Assembly: GCA_019057385.1 (NCBI GenBank)
Contig: JAHQJS010000006.1
Coordinates: 416,001 to 480,000, forward strand
From: Candidatus Borrarchaeum weybense
GTDB lineage: Archaea; Asgardarchaeota; Sifarchaeia; Borrarchaeales; Borrarchaeaceae
Direction: 5' to 3'
Length of the DNA stretch: 64,000 nucleotides
Part shown: positions 49,151 through 59,719 of the stretch, piece by piece
Numbering within the stretch: the stretch's first letter is position 1
How the letters are laid out: the number at the start of each line of letters is the position of its first letter
The notes under the pieces: generated by a model
Seen by the model: only the letters and a program-made list of their open reading frames with translations
What the model was told of the DNA's origin: nothing
Database searches by the model: none
Made by a program: the position numbers and the translations under genes

Positions 49151-50197
49151 TTAGTATGTGCGCTCTACAAAATACGTTGCAATATTTTCTAACATCTTTT
49201 TTGCTGATGAATCAGGAAAATTTAATAATTGTTTTCTAGCCTCTTCTTTTAACTCCTTCGCTTTTTCTTCAGCTTTTTGAGGTGCTTTAGTTGATTTTAT
49301 AAGATCAATTACTTCATTTACTTCTTCATCTGTTACCTTTTCTTTTCGCAAAACATTCAAGACATATTCTCTTTGTTTACTTTCAAGTTCCTCCAAAGCA
49401 TAAAGTACAGCAATATTACCCATTTTATGTTCTTTGATGTCATGTCCGACTGGTTTCCCTAATTTTTCTGCGTCGGCAAATAAATCTAGCACATCATCTT
49501 TGGCTTGAAATGCCAATCCAGCGTTCCATCCATAAGAACTTGCTGCTTCAATCATTTCTTTAGAACCATTGGCACATATCACGCCAACTTCACACGCTGC
49601 TTTTATCAGAACTGCTGTTTTATCTCCAACCATTTCAAAATAATCATCGAGGGTTATCGTTTTATATCTCTTTTCTAAAATATACTCTTCATCGCGACCT
49701 GCTTGTTCAAAGAGTACGTCCTTGCGTTCTCCTTCAACCAACTGTCGTACGACGTCAGAAAAGATCTTGTTAATAGTTTCTGATGCGGGCGATTTTAAAG
49801 CAGATAAAAAAATCGCTTCTCTATAATGCATACCTGCAAGTAATGCAATTGGAAGACCAAATTTCACGAAGGTTGTGGGTCGATTCCTCCTGTAAGGCGA
49901 TCTATCGATGATATCGTCCATTAACAAGGAGTAATTATGAATTAATTCAATTCCAGCAGCTGAACTCAATGCATCCTCAGTATTGCCATTAGCTAATTCA
50001 CAAAATAATAAAGTAAGCACAGGACGAAGTCTTTTTCCCCCAGAAGCAACTTGATATAATATCACTTCTTGAAAATCTTGAGTCGTATCCTCTAATAATA
50101 ATTCCTCAATCTTGTTTTCAATAGGTCCGATAGTTTGCTTCAAATGTTGCTCAATCTCTTTTTTGAGTATCATTACTTCATCTGACATTGATTTCAA
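49151..50197 (-). CDS. idsA: Polyprenyl (GGPP) diphosphate synthase
   Basis: GGKRLRP, HNYSLLMDDIID...RR, KT, FQAKDDVLD, GKPVGHDI. Confidence 0.92.
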   Translation of the reverse strand: MKSMSDEVMILKKEIEQHLKQTIGPIENKIEELLLEDTTQDFQEVILYQVASGGKRLRPVLTLLFCELANGNTEDALSSAAGIELIHNYSLLMDDIIDRSPYRRNRPTTFVKFGLPIALLAGMHYREAIFLSALKSPASETINKIFSDVVRQLVEGERKDVLFEQAGRDEEYILEKRYKTITLDDYFEMVGDKTAVLIKAACEVGVICANGSKEMIEAASSYGWNAGLAFQAKDDVLDLFADAEKLGKPVGHDIKEHKMGNIAVLYALEELESKQREYVLNVLRKEKVTDEEVNEVIDLIKSTKAPQKAEEKAKELKEEARKQLLNFPDSSAKKMLENIATYFVERTY

Positions 50198-50566
50198 CTG
50201 CCTTTAATCATATTACGCAATATCATTAATGATATTGAAACGATTTTATGAATGAATAATCCGCATTTTAGTATTTTAGGTTTTAAACATTTTACTTTTT
50301 TGAGTTCATTTAAAGAGAAATATGATTCTTTGAATGTTGTTCACTGGAGTATATTTCCTCAAAAACGAAACTTTTGAATGAACATAGGTCTACGTTTCAC
50401 TTACGCCTTTAGCTTTACTGTTGAATTGCAGGCGGAGAATTTTACCACAATTATTTTAATAATCGAAATCGTGTCTCTCTTAATTTTCCCTCCTTTCCCA
50501 TTTGGATCTTTCTCATCTTTGTGGGAATTATGATTTCAAACAATTCAAAAGCGGAAGGTGATCAAT

Positions 50567-50701
50567 GTGACATGCGATCAATATGATGCTGAAGCCGGAC
50601 TTTGTAAATTGCTAAACTTTAAGTTTTATGAGGGCATGGATAGGCCATGCGAATACGTCAAGGATCCCGCAGTCTGCCCTGTAGTTAACATGAAAGGGTA
50701 G
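50567..50701 (+). CDS. 44-aa four-Cys peptide (putative metal-binding)
   Basis: AAGGTGA SD and GTG start; MTCDQYDAEAGLCKLLNFKFYEGMDRPCEYVKDPAVCPVVNMKG; T-rich terminator follows. Confidence 0.65.
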   Translation: MTCDQYDAEAGLCKLLNFKFYEGMDRPCEYVKDPAVCPVVNMKG

Positions 50702-50758
50702 TCATTTTTCTTTTTTCTATTTTTATTATCGACTAGAAATACTTTCAGTGAGCATTTT

Positions 50759-51121
50759 TTATTTAAGAGGTTCATGTCTTAATGCAGTGATTCTTGGGGG
50801 AGAATGGGCATTCAATTTCAGTAATGTTTCAGTTCCAATAACTGTGAGCCCATGCCGCACATGAGGCGGGATTTTTATCACATAGGGGGCTTCTATATCA
50901 TATATTTCTTCCTCTACAGTCAAGATTGCTTTGCCTTGTAGGATATAACTGAGTTCCTCTTCTTCGTGATCATGTATTTCGAAACTTGTACCTGGTTCAG
51001 CTTGAAGTAACGAGAGTGAAACATTTTTTCCAGAAGCTAAAAGTTTGACAAACACTCCTTCTTCTTTTTTTGATCCTTTAATTTCGTCAACTTTTAATAA
51101 AACAATTTCATCTGTTCCCAT
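50759..51121 (-). CDS. Cupin domain protein
   Basis: HDHEEEELSYILQG...IPPHVRHG. Confidence 0.88.
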   Translation of the reverse strand: MGTDEIVLLKVDEIKGSKKEEGVFVKLLASGKNVSLSLLQAEPGTSFEIHDHEEEELSYILQGKAILTVEEEIYDIEAPYVIKIPPHVRHGLTVIGTETLLKLNAHSPPRITALRHEPLK

Positions 51122-51139
51122 TTATTCTTTTCTCTCCTA

Positions 51140-51748
51140 TCAAACCTTAAAAACGATCTTTTCATATCCACCTACGCGATCTCCTTTTTTGGCAGTCATA
51201 ATTAGCTTATTATCGATTATCTTGAATGAAAGCAAACTCTCAACCTCAACGATCTCAGAACCGTGAGGGAAATGATATTTAATGAGAAAATCATAAGGAG
51301 CGATCTCATCTTCCATATCGAATTCAATTATATTATTTCCTTCTTTAAGTTTACAGCGGATTAATATCATAAAATTGAGCTGGGGATATTCTGATAATCC
51401 ATCTTTGAATTTAAGTTCTACTTCACTTAATTTCATGCGTTTTTCTTCATGGTTTACTAACACTTTATCCTGATCGAGATAGAACTGCATATTATCCTTT
51501 ATTTTGCTCATTTCGGTATCATAGTCTTCTGAGGCACATAATTTCTGATAAAAATATTCTTCATCAAGGTAATTATAAACAAGTAATTCTGAAATTCCCT
51601 TTTCACTTACATAGAAGTCAGCTTCTGCGTTCAAAGGAATTTCACTTATTTCATTAAGATTGTTGGCATTTTCTAGAGGCGGCGGTTCTTCATTCATAAA
51701 CTTACTTCCTTCTTTAGGATAAATCAATATGCAAAAAAATGACCTCAA
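51140..51748 (-). CDS. Conserved archaeal hypothetical protein
   Basis: Acidic 202-aa ORF (NMQFYLDQDKVLVN, EIAPYDF) co-directional with the M48 protease. Confidence 0.65.
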   Translation of the reverse strand: MRSFFCILIYPKEGSKFMNEEPPPLENANNLNEISEIPLNAEADFYVSEKGISELLVYNYLDEEYFYQKLCASEDYDTEMSKIKDNMQFYLDQDKVLVNHEEKRMKLSEVELKFKDGLSEYPQLNFMILIRCKLKEGNNIIEFDMEDEIAPYDFLIKYHFPHGSEIVEVESLLSFKIIDNKLIMTAKKGDRVGGYEKIVFKV

Positions 51749-51816
51749 ATGTTCTTCGAATTAGTTCAAATAAAAAATTAGCTGTCCCACTTATGAAATG
51801 GGACTTCTCAAAGAAA

Positions 51817-53322
51817 TTATGTAAGTGATGACAAGAATCCCTTAAAGACATCGCCAACAGATTTTAGGAAGGTATGTTTGATCTGGCTTGGATTTTCAAT
51901 TTCATCTAACCGTTTAATCCTCCAACTTAGCGGTGGATGGGGGTCTAATCTAATCCAGTCGAGGAAAGACCATGAGATCCCACCTTTACTGATCAAACGC
52001 CTGAATCCGATCTTTCTTAAGGCATTAGCAGCTACCTTTGGCTCGTTAAGATATACTGCTGCTTCCAAATCACTCTTTGCCTCAAAAAATTTTCCTACAA
52101 AAAATATTGATCCCAGAAGCACGATAAAGTAGATAAAAAAGACTCCTTGTATGATAGCTGCGATCGATGGGAAAAAGGACAACGCATAAATACGTAACAT
52201 ATATTCAGTTGAGAGAATGAATAAGAGAACAACAGGGTCGTGTCCTTTAAGATGACTGACTTCATGTCCGATAATCTGAAAGAGTTCGTTTTCGTCTAGT
52301 TGAACTATTGCACCTGTGGTGACAAGCATCGTTCCTCTTTTCGGGCTTAGTCCTGTTGCAGCTGCATTGGCTGCCATTTTATTGCTTACGACAATTGTAG
52401 GGATTGGTACATTAAACGTGCCACAGGCCTTACTGACAAGATCATACAAATTTACTGTTTTGACGATGAGATTTTGTGGCGTACATGCAATTCCATATTT
52501 TGTAAAGATCGGGTGAGCGTTCTCGCATGTTATTTGTTTTCCTGTGGCTAACGTACTATCATAGATTTCTTTGCGAATTTTGGGGAGTTCTTTTCTATGT
52601 TTTTTCCTTAAAATATCCGCTTCTTGTTCTGTCAAAGTATACTGAAGTACTTTAACTTCAGGCCGGTCTTTCGTAATTCGCCAGTCAGATGTTCTGGCAA
52701 TGAGCCTTCCAGAATACGCCACAACCAGCAATTGAGATACTACGATCACAATCGGTGAGAGTAGCAAACTCAACTCCTGACCAAATACCGCATTAAATAG
52801 TGCAAATGTCCCTACGGCAACCACAATGAAGATAATAAATAAATTAACCATTGAATCTGTAAACAATTTTTCGAGTATCCCACGTCCATATTTTTGTTCA
52901 GAAATCTTTTGGCCAGGGATATATGCCAGATAAAGAGTATATTGGCGCGCATAGTCCTCGAAGAGCTGTAGTTCTAATAATATGTTCTCTTGTATGCCTT
53001 TTATTAACTCCTCAGAAATTTCTGGCGAACTACGAGATATAATCACGTGAATTGGACGACCTCGTTCCGTAGATGCTTCTATTGTTACATCTATATGTTC
53101 GGATGATTTTGACAGATAGGCAGTAAAGACAAGATAATATTGATTTCCGATGTTAAATCGACGTATGTTTTCTACTCTTCGAAAAGCACGAAGCACATAG
53201 TAGTTCTCCAAAAATTCGGGAAGATAACGCAGATATCCAGGCGTGGTTTCAGTAGCTACACTAAAATGAAATTCCCCTTCTGGTTGAGTGAGCGTCATAA
53301 AACTAGCCTCAGCTATAGTCAT
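51817..53322 (-). CDS. M48 (HtpX-like) zinc metalloprotease with N-terminal extension
   Basis: NAAATG, IIGHEVSHLK (HExxH), EAKSD, DPHPPLSWRI. Confidence 0.9.
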   Translation of the reverse strand: MTIAEASFMTLTQPEGEFHFSVATETTPGYLRYLPEFLENYYVLRAFRRVENIRRFNIGNQYYLVFTAYLSKSSEHIDVTIEASTERGRPIHVIISRSSPEISEELIKGIQENILLELQLFEDYARQYTLYLAYIPGQKISEQKYGRGILEKLFTDSMVNLFIIFIVVAVGTFALFNAVFGQELSLLLSPIVIVVSQLLVVAYSGRLIARTSDWRITKDRPEVKVLQYTLTEQEADILRKKHRKELPKIRKEIYDSTLATGKQITCENAHPIFTKYGIACTPQNLIVKTVNLYDLVSKACGTFNVPIPTIVVSNKMAANAAATGLSPKRGTMLVTTGAIVQLDENELFQIIGHEVSHLKGHDPVVLLFILSTEYMLRIYALSFFPSIAAIIQGVFFIYFIVLLGSIFFVGKFFEAKSDLEAAVYLNEPKVAANALRKIGFRRLISKGGISWSFLDWIRLDPHPPLSWRIKRLDEIENPSQIKHTFLKSVGDVFKGFLSSLT

Positions 53323-53511
53323 AGCTGTAGTTATTTATAAAAGTTCCAATAGCGGCTTATGGTGTGCACTTGTGGTTTTCAATAAAATGAATCTTATGTG
53401 CCTATTTTCTTTTTAGAGACTATTTTCTCTACAGTGTTTCACTATCATGTAATAAAGTGAAGAAAACGAGTTCAATTAAAAATGAAATAAAAAAAAGAGG
53501 GCTATAAAGGG

Positions 53512-54879
53512 CTACAAATCTTTGGGCGGCATTGGTATATAGTTTTCTTTCATTAGCAGTTGTGTCATTTCTCTTGTTTCTTTGATTATTTTAGACGCAC
53601 GATCCCAGAGTTCTTGCTTGCTTAGTTTAACTCTTGCGATGCCTTGTTCCATAGCTTTCAGTGCCACAGCTACTGCTTCCCTTGGGAAAACCTCCCACTC
53701 GTCCATGTTTGGCACTATATAGCCTTCGTGTATTCCTTTGTCCTCTGCTGTTTTAGCGATCTCTAGAGCTGCGGCGATAACCATTTCATCGGTAATTGTT
53801 TTCGCCTTAACATCAAGAGTTCCTCGAAAAATTCCAGGGAAACCTAGACTATTGTTAACTTGGTTTTCGAAGTCAGATCGACCGGTACCAACTACCCTTG
53901 CCCCTGCTTCTTTGCATTCCCAGGGCCAAATTTCAGGGATTGGATTGGCACATGGAAAAACGATAGCGTCTGTAGCCATTGCTTCAATCCATTCTTTCTT
54001 AATTACGCCAGGTCCTGACTTACTCATAGCTACACAAACGTCAGTCTCTTTCATACACGCCTGCATATCGCCTTCTCGTCCTTCAGCATTAGTATTAAGA
54101 CATACCTGCCACTTATAAGGATCTTTATCTTTATTTGCTTCAAGATCTGATCGGTGCTTTCCAAGGATACCTTTGCGGTCGCAATACATCACGTTTTTAG
54201 GGTTGATTCCAGCAGCCATCATAACTCGTCCAACAGCGATGTTTGCGGCACCAGCCCCGATCATGGATACTAGAACTTCGCTCATCTTCTTACCAACAAC
54301 TTTCAATGCATTTATGACTCCTGCAGTTACTATTGTTGCAGTTCCCTGTTGATCGTCATGCCAAACTGGAATTTCTATTTCTGGATCTGCTCGTAATGTA
54401 TCTAAAATATAGAAGCACTTAGGCTTGGCAATATCTTCGAGGTTGATCCCGCCGAACGATGGCTGTATTAGTTTCACAACTTCTATGATTTTATCAGGAT
54501 CTTTAGTATCTAGACAAAGAGGGACTGCATCAACGCCGCCTAGATACTTAAAGAGCAGGGCTTTACCTTCCATTACAGGTAATCCTGCTTTCGGACCAAT
54601 ATCACCAAGCCCCAAAACACGTGTTCCATCGCTTACAACGGCGACTGTATTCCATTTATTCGTGTGTGTATACACCATTTCAGGATTTTTTTGAATGTCC
54701 TTACAAGGGGCGGCTACGCCGGGCGTGTACCAGATCGCGAAATCATTGAAATCTCTGATTACACACTTAGGAACGGTTTGTATCTTGCCTTCATAAAAAG
54801 GATGTAAAATCATAGCATCCTTAGCTGGCTTATATGCCTTTTCTAATAATTCTTCTTTAGTATATTTCTTTTCAGTCAA
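53512..54879 (-). CDS. NAD(P)-dependent malic enzyme
   Basis: YTPGVA, DGTRVLGLGDIG, PVMEGKALLFK, INLEDI, HDDQQGT, ANPIPEI. Confidence 0.95.
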   Translation of the reverse strand: MTEKKYTKEELLEKAYKPAKDAMILHPFYEGKIQTVPKCVIRDFNDFAIWYTPGVAAPCKDIQKNPEMVYTHTNKWNTVAVVSDGTRVLGLGDIGPKAGLPVMEGKALLFKYLGGVDAVPLCLDTKDPDKIIEVVKLIQPSFGGINLEDIAKPKCFYILDTLRADPEIEIPVWHDDQQGTATIVTAGVINALKVVGKKMSEVLVSMIGAGAANIAVGRVMMAAGINPKNVMYCDRKGILGKHRSDLEANKDKDPYKWQVCLNTNAEGREGDMQACMKETDVCVAMSKSGPGVIKKEWIEAMATDAIVFPCANPIPEIWPWECKEAGARVVGTGRSDFENQVNNSLGFPGIFRGTLDVKAKTITDEMVIAAALEIAKTAEDKGIHEGYIVPNMDEWEVFPREAVAVALKAMEQGIARVKLSKQELWDRASKIIKETREMTQLLMKENYIPMPPKDL

Positions 54880-54993
54880 GTTTTCACCTTCTAGAAAACT
54901 ATTTGATTTCTGATATGAATAGAGGTTTTACCTATGCAAAATTTACCTTTATAAAGGTACTCTATTATTAAACCTCACATAAGCTCTAGAGTT

Positions 54994-56022
54994 GTGATTA
55001 TCGTGATAACGTGTTCCGCACCTGGCAAGACACATTTAATCGGTGAACATGCTGTTGTATATGGAGAACCCGCAATAATTATTTCTGTTGGAAAGCGTGC
55101 TTATATTTCTGCTGAGAAATCGGAGAGTGTGAAAATCTATGCACAGGACATTAATCAAAGTGGAGAGTTTTCTATTTCAGAATTGAAAGAGTTTGCAGAA
55201 AAACTTCAACAACTGTGGGATAACTGCTTTGAAACAAAGGATTTCGCTCCACTTTACTCTCTCTTAAAAAATGAACATCTAGGTCACATAAAAGCTATGA
55301 TCGCTAACACAATGGCAGAACTCGATATTAATGCTCCTTTCAGTTTAAAAATAAACTCAAATATTCCAATCGGATCTGGATTGGGATCTTCGGCAGCTTT
55401 AAGTGTTGCCGTTCCAAAAGTGCTTTCAGAACTCTTTAGAAAAAATCTGACGTTGGAGGAAATAAATCAAATTGCCTATAAAATAGAAAGCCTTGCTCAT
55501 GGAACACCAAGCGGGGGCGATAATTCGATTTGTTGTTACGGCGGTGCGCTTTGGTTCAAAAAAGGAACTCCAAATGTAATCGAGCCGTTACATTTAGACT
55601 TTACAATGAAAAACTTTGTTTTAGTGTTTACAGGTATTCCCAAGTTGACTACTGGAGAACTTGTTTCTAACGTACGCTCTTTAGATCCTGAATATAGAGA
55701 CATGCGTATAAAACAGCTAGGTGCGTATACTTATGAAATGAGGGATTGTTTGACTGAACAAAATTTCACGAGAATAAAAGAATTGATGAATTTGGCACAA
55801 GAACTGCTTGCAGAACTGGGTGTGTCTATTGAAGCAATTGATGAAATTCATAACGCAGTAAAGTCTATAGGCGGTGGGGCGAAATTATCTGGTGCCGGTG
55901 GAGGCGGTTATATGGTTTGTTATCATGAAGATCTGCAATTACTCAAAAAATTCATAAAGGAATTAGGATACGTGCCCGAACAAGTCGAATTAGGTGTTGA
56001 AGGAGTGCGGGTCGAAAAATAA
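54994..56022 (+). CDS. mvk: Mevalonate kinase
   Basis: SAPGK..LIGEHAVVYG, PIGSGLGSSAA, HGTPSGGD, KLSGAGGGG. Confidence 0.93.
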   Translation: MIIVITCSAPGKTHLIGEHAVVYGEPAIIISVGKRAYISAEKSESVKIYAQDINQSGEFSISELKEFAEKLQQLWDNCFETKDFAPLYSLLKNEHLGHIKAMIANTMAELDINAPFSLKINSNIPIGSGLGSSAALSVAVPKVLSELFRKNLTLEEINQIAYKIESLAHGTPSGGDNSICCYGGALWFKKGTPNVIEPLHLDFTMKNFVLVFTGIPKLTTGELVSNVRSLDPEYRDMRIKQLGAYTYEMRDCLTEQNFTRIKELMNLAQELLAELGVSIEAIDEIHNAVKSIGGGAKLSGAGGGGYMVCYHEDLQLLKKFIKELGYVPEQVELGVEGVRVEK

Positions 56023-56217
56023 ACTTTGAGCGATATCTGTTGCTGATAAGTTATGGTTTTGTTGTAGTTTAACGAGGTCCTATTTACTTGATGTTTATAT
56101 ACTCTTGTTTTTTATATCTCTTATTAATTGTATTTTGTAATGTTTCGTGAAGTACGATTAGTCATTTCTTAATCTCAAAAATGTAAATCATTTGCCTTTA
56201 CTTGGAGATGTGCATTC

Positions 56218-57579
56218 ATGCGACATAAACTTGTAACTTTCCTAAAAGAGCATAAATATCCATTAATTGAAATCAAAGATCTTGCCATAAGAATTTTAAA
56301 ATGGCTGGTATTAGCTAGTATTATTGGTTTTTCTGTTGGCCTAGTTACGGTACTTTTCCAAATTGGCTTAGTTGAAGCCATCTCAAATCTTACCTCGATA
56401 AAATTAATATGGCTACTTTTTTTTCTTCCTCCCTTAGGATTGTTTCTTAGTGGACTTTTGACAGGATACATCGCACCAGAAGCGAGAGGTCATGGAACAG
56501 ATGCCATTATTGGGGCTTATCACGAACAGACAATAACTCGACTTAGAGTTATCTTCGCAAAACTTATTGCGAGTATAATTACCATCGCTTTTGGTGGCTC
56601 AGCAGGACGCGAAGGTCCAGCGATCCAAATGGGGGGTGGAGTCAGTACGAATACAGGGAAAGCAATGGGTGTCAGTTTTGCTGATAGGAAAATCCTTACC
56701 CTATGTGGTATGAGCGCTGCGTTTTCAAGCGTTTTTATTTCTCCTCTTTCAGGCGCGCTTTTCTCATGTGAAGTTGTGTTTAGAGATGACATCGAATATC
56801 ATGGTTTACTCCCTGCAGCAGTTTCAAGTATTGTCGGTTTCCTTACGTATCAAGCGCTACTTCCAGAACAATTAAGTGAGGAATTGATCTTTGTGAGGAT
56901 TCCAGCGTATACTTTTGAGCCATTCCATATTCTTTATTTTTTGGTGTTAGCAGTATGCTGCGGCCTTGTAGGTTTTTTGCATATCAAAGTTTTATATTTT
57001 CTTGATGAACTATTTTTAAAGTGGGATCGTCCCGAATATATGAGAACTATGGTAGGTGGTGTATTAACAAGCCTTATAGCCTTAGCGTTGTGTATAGCAA
57101 GTATACTCCTCAATCTCGATTTTTCTGAGGGCTTTCGTATTTATGGCCTTGGCTGGAGTACCGTGAACTTACTAATAGACTCTCCATTTTTTTTCCCGCT
57201 CCTATTCTTGATATTCTTGTTAATTGCAAAAATGTTAGCCACAGCATCTACCATTGGTTCTGGTGGGTCAGGAGGTATTGTCTCTCCATCTCTATTTATC
57301 GGTGCGATTCTAGGTCTAATAATTGGTCTTATGTTGAATTTTAATCCTCAGGTTATGGCTATTATAGGTGCTGTATGCCTTTTCGCTGCTATTGCACATA
57401 TTCCCATCACTGGAGCCCTCCTGTGTGGTGAATTATTTAGTTTTCAATATGTGATTCCTGCTATCCTCGTAGGTGTTATAGGCTCATGGATTGCTTCAGA
57501 GGACAGCATTTACAGAAGTACTCTCATTAGCAGAAGAAAACCTTTAAAAGTCGCTCATAAATATCGCATAATCAAGTGA
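56218..57579 (+). CDS. ClC family chloride channel/antiporter, no CBS domains
   Basis: GHGTD, GGSAGREGP, GSGGIVSPSL. Confidence 0.92.
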   Translation: MRHKLVTFLKEHKYPLIEIKDLAIRILKWLVLASIIGFSVGLVTVLFQIGLVEAISNLTSIKLIWLLFFLPPLGLFLSGLLTGYIAPEARGHGTDAIIGAYHEQTITRLRVIFAKLIASIITIAFGGSAGREGPAIQMGGGVSTNTGKAMGVSFADRKILTLCGMSAAFSSVFISPLSGALFSCEVVFRDDIEYHGLLPAAVSSIVGFLTYQALLPEQLSEELIFVRIPAYTFEPFHILYFLVLAVCCGLVGFLHIKVLYFLDELFLKWDRPEYMRTMVGGVLTSLIALALCIASILLNLDFSEGFRIYGLGWSTVNLLIDSPFFFPLLFLIFLLIAKMLATASTIGSGGSGGIVSPSLFIGAILGLIIGLMLNFNPQVMAIIGAVCLFAAIAHIPITGALLCGELFSFQYVIPAILVGVIGSWIASEDSIYRSTLISRRKPLKVAHKYRIIK

Positions 57580-57670
57580 TTCTCATAGAAAACAATTTAG
57601 GATTTGATGGGCTGAGAAAGGAGTTACAACTGATATAACCACATTAGACAATGGAGGGTCTGAAATTAAG

Positions 57671-58297
57671 GTGTTAATAGTTGGAGGAGGGAGAGTTGGA
57701 GAAGAAACTGCTAAATTACTCACAGAAGGAAAAAAGCATAAAGTAACTCTCATAGATTGCGATTTAGGACGTTGTGAAGCTCTCTCTGAGGGTCTGGGAC
57801 ACGAAATATTTTGCGGCGATGGAACGTTGCCTCATACTCTAGAAGAGGTAGGTGTACAAGACACACAATTTTTTTTAGCGTTAGCTGATGACGATAAAAC
57901 TAACGTTTTATGTGCAATGTTAGCACAGTCGTATAATGTTCCCTCCATTTATGCACGAATAAAAGATCCCAAGTGGATTGAAGCGTGTGAGCGACTTGGC
58001 ATTGATGTTATCGATCCTGCACAAATAATGGCCTATAATATTGATGCAAGGATTAGAGGTGATACCTTTCTAGAATTTCTTGAGGAAGTTACCCGGGATG
58101 CTGACTTTAAAATGATTCGAATATCTCCTGATACAAAAAAAGAGCAGAATATCGTTGGTTTTGAAAAAAAACGCCATATTCATGTTATTGGAATACTGAG
58201 AAAAGGTACTTTTATTGTACCTACCACTGAAGAAAAAATTAAACCAAATGACACGGTAGCCTATATGACCCGGCGAAAAAACCTGCATCTTTTCTAA
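57671..58297 (+). CDS. trkA: TrkA/RCK regulatory protein
   Basis: IVGGGRVG, GDGT, DDKTN. Confidence 0.85.
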   Translation: MLIVGGGRVGEETAKLLTEGKKHKVTLIDCDLGRCEALSEGLGHEIFCGDGTLPHTLEEVGVQDTQFFLALADDDKTNVLCAMLAQSYNVPSIYARIKDPKWIEACERLGIDVIDPAQIMAYNIDARIRGDTFLEFLEEVTRDADFKMIRISPDTKKEQNIVGFEKKRHIHVIGILRKGTFIVPTTEEKIKPNDTVAYMTRRKNLHLF

Positions 58298-58493
58298 TGA
58301 CCAATCATTATTTAGCAAATTTTTCTTTTTATTTCAGAAATTTTTTGATATCATGATGGAATATTTGCTTTTTCTTTGAAAGTAAAGACGAAAAGGTCGC
58401 CTTTCAAATAGCTTGATTACAAATATTTCCCTTAGATCATTATCGTACTTCTACAAACGAAAAACAATATAATAGAAATCTCTCTTATTTATA

Positions 58494-58763
58494 ATGGCAT
58501 ATAATATTGATGCACGCATTCGAGGAAATACTTTTCTTGAGTTTTTAGAGGAAATGACCAAAGATGCAGAATTTAAAATGATTAGAATACATTCCGATTC
58601 GTCAAATGAACAAAATATCATAGATTTTGAAAGGAAACGGCACCTTCATGTTGTTGGAGTTATGAGAAGTGGTGCTTTTATCGTGCCTACTCCAGAAACG
58701 TCACTAAAGCCAAATGATACAGTAGCTTGTTTAAACAAGAAAAAGGGTTTAAATCTTTTTTAA
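58494..58763 (+). CDS. Stand-alone duplicate of the TrkA C-terminal 89 aa
   Basis: Gap-free, 60/89 identical to the last 89 aa of 57671-58297. Confidence 0.7.
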   Translation: MAYNIDARIRGNTFLEFLEEMTKDAEFKMIRIHSDSSNEQNIIDFERKRHLHVVGVMRSGAFIVPTPETSLKPNDTVACLNKKKGLNLF

Positions 58764-59401
58764 TTAGTATCTTTTTTTGTATGTGTTCCTTCTTTTGTTT
58801 CATTGTGTTCCTCTAAAATGGATGAATCGATCGCTTTAACACACTTTTCTACCTGTTTGAAATTCACATCAGTATTATAGCAACCTTCTTTCGTCAAAAG
58901 TACACTTTGCGTAACTACTCCATGTTTTTCACAGACAAGATTACCTAAAAAAACCTCTTTATTACATGCGACTCCAATTACGGCTTTTGGATTGAACTCT
59001 GCAAATATCTTCTCGATTACTGATCCTCCTCTGACGATGAACAGCGCCGCATATCCTAACTCTTTAGCAAGGTTTTTTATTCTACTAATTCCGCATCTTC
59101 CACAGTCTACACATTTGTATCCCCATTCATCTTGTTTAGCCTCACAATCGGGATTTCGAAGACATTGGGGGAAAAGGATTATTCTTTCGTTGTAGGGTGT
59201 AGAGAGAAATGTGTCTTTATATGCTTCATTCTTCATTTGATTAAAAAGAGCTAAGATTTCCGTTTCATCTACTCCAAATCTAGTAGCCAGTTTTTCTAAA
59301 CTAATAGTTAGTACTTGCGCCTGTTTTTGTTGGCTTAGCTTTCGCAGAAACCCCATAAGTATTGTATTCTTTGATGGATTTCCTTTCGAATCCTCGCTCA
59401 T
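58760..59401 (-). CDS. DUF116 family protein
   Basis: ILFPQCLR...C...CVDCGRC...GGS...GVAC..E...GC.NT. Confidence 0.88.
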   Translation of the reverse strand: MSEDSKGNPSKNTILMGFLRKLSQQKQAQVLTISLEKLATRFGVDETEILALFNQMKNEAYKDTFLSTPYNERIILFPQCLRNPDCEAKQDEWGYKCVDCGRCGISRIKNLAKELGYAALFIVRGGSVIEKIFAEFNPKAVIGVACNKEVFLGNLVCEKHGVVTQSVLLTKEGCYNTDVNFKQVEKCVKAIDSSILEEHNETKEGTHTKKDTN

Positions 59402-59719
59402 TAATTTCCCAGCTCTCTATTTGTACAAATGCGTTTGCAGAAGTCTATGTTATAATTCAATAGATAATTAATTGAAAAATCTTCCCTTAGATTCAACAAA
59501 GTTTGCCAGAAACACATCTTTGACTTCACTTTTTTGTTTTACGCAGAATATCTTGCATGTTAACATTTTTTTCTTTTCAAGATTATTTAATTTTTGAATT
59601 TCGCTAAACTTTAGTTTCCATCGATCATTTAATTGCATAAATCGTAAAAGCATTTAACTAGTTAGTATTTTTCATAATTCTATACGAAATCTTTGTATGA
59701 ATGAAGTTCATTTTAAGAT

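Noticed and set aside
49009-49239. 76-aa plus-strand ORF
   Set aside because: Overlaps tRNA-Sec and the idsA 3' end on the opposite strand.
49151-59401. Isoprenoid gene cluster (idsA, mvk, DUF116)
   Set aside because: The genes are on different strands and separated by unrelated genes; there is no evidence of an operon.
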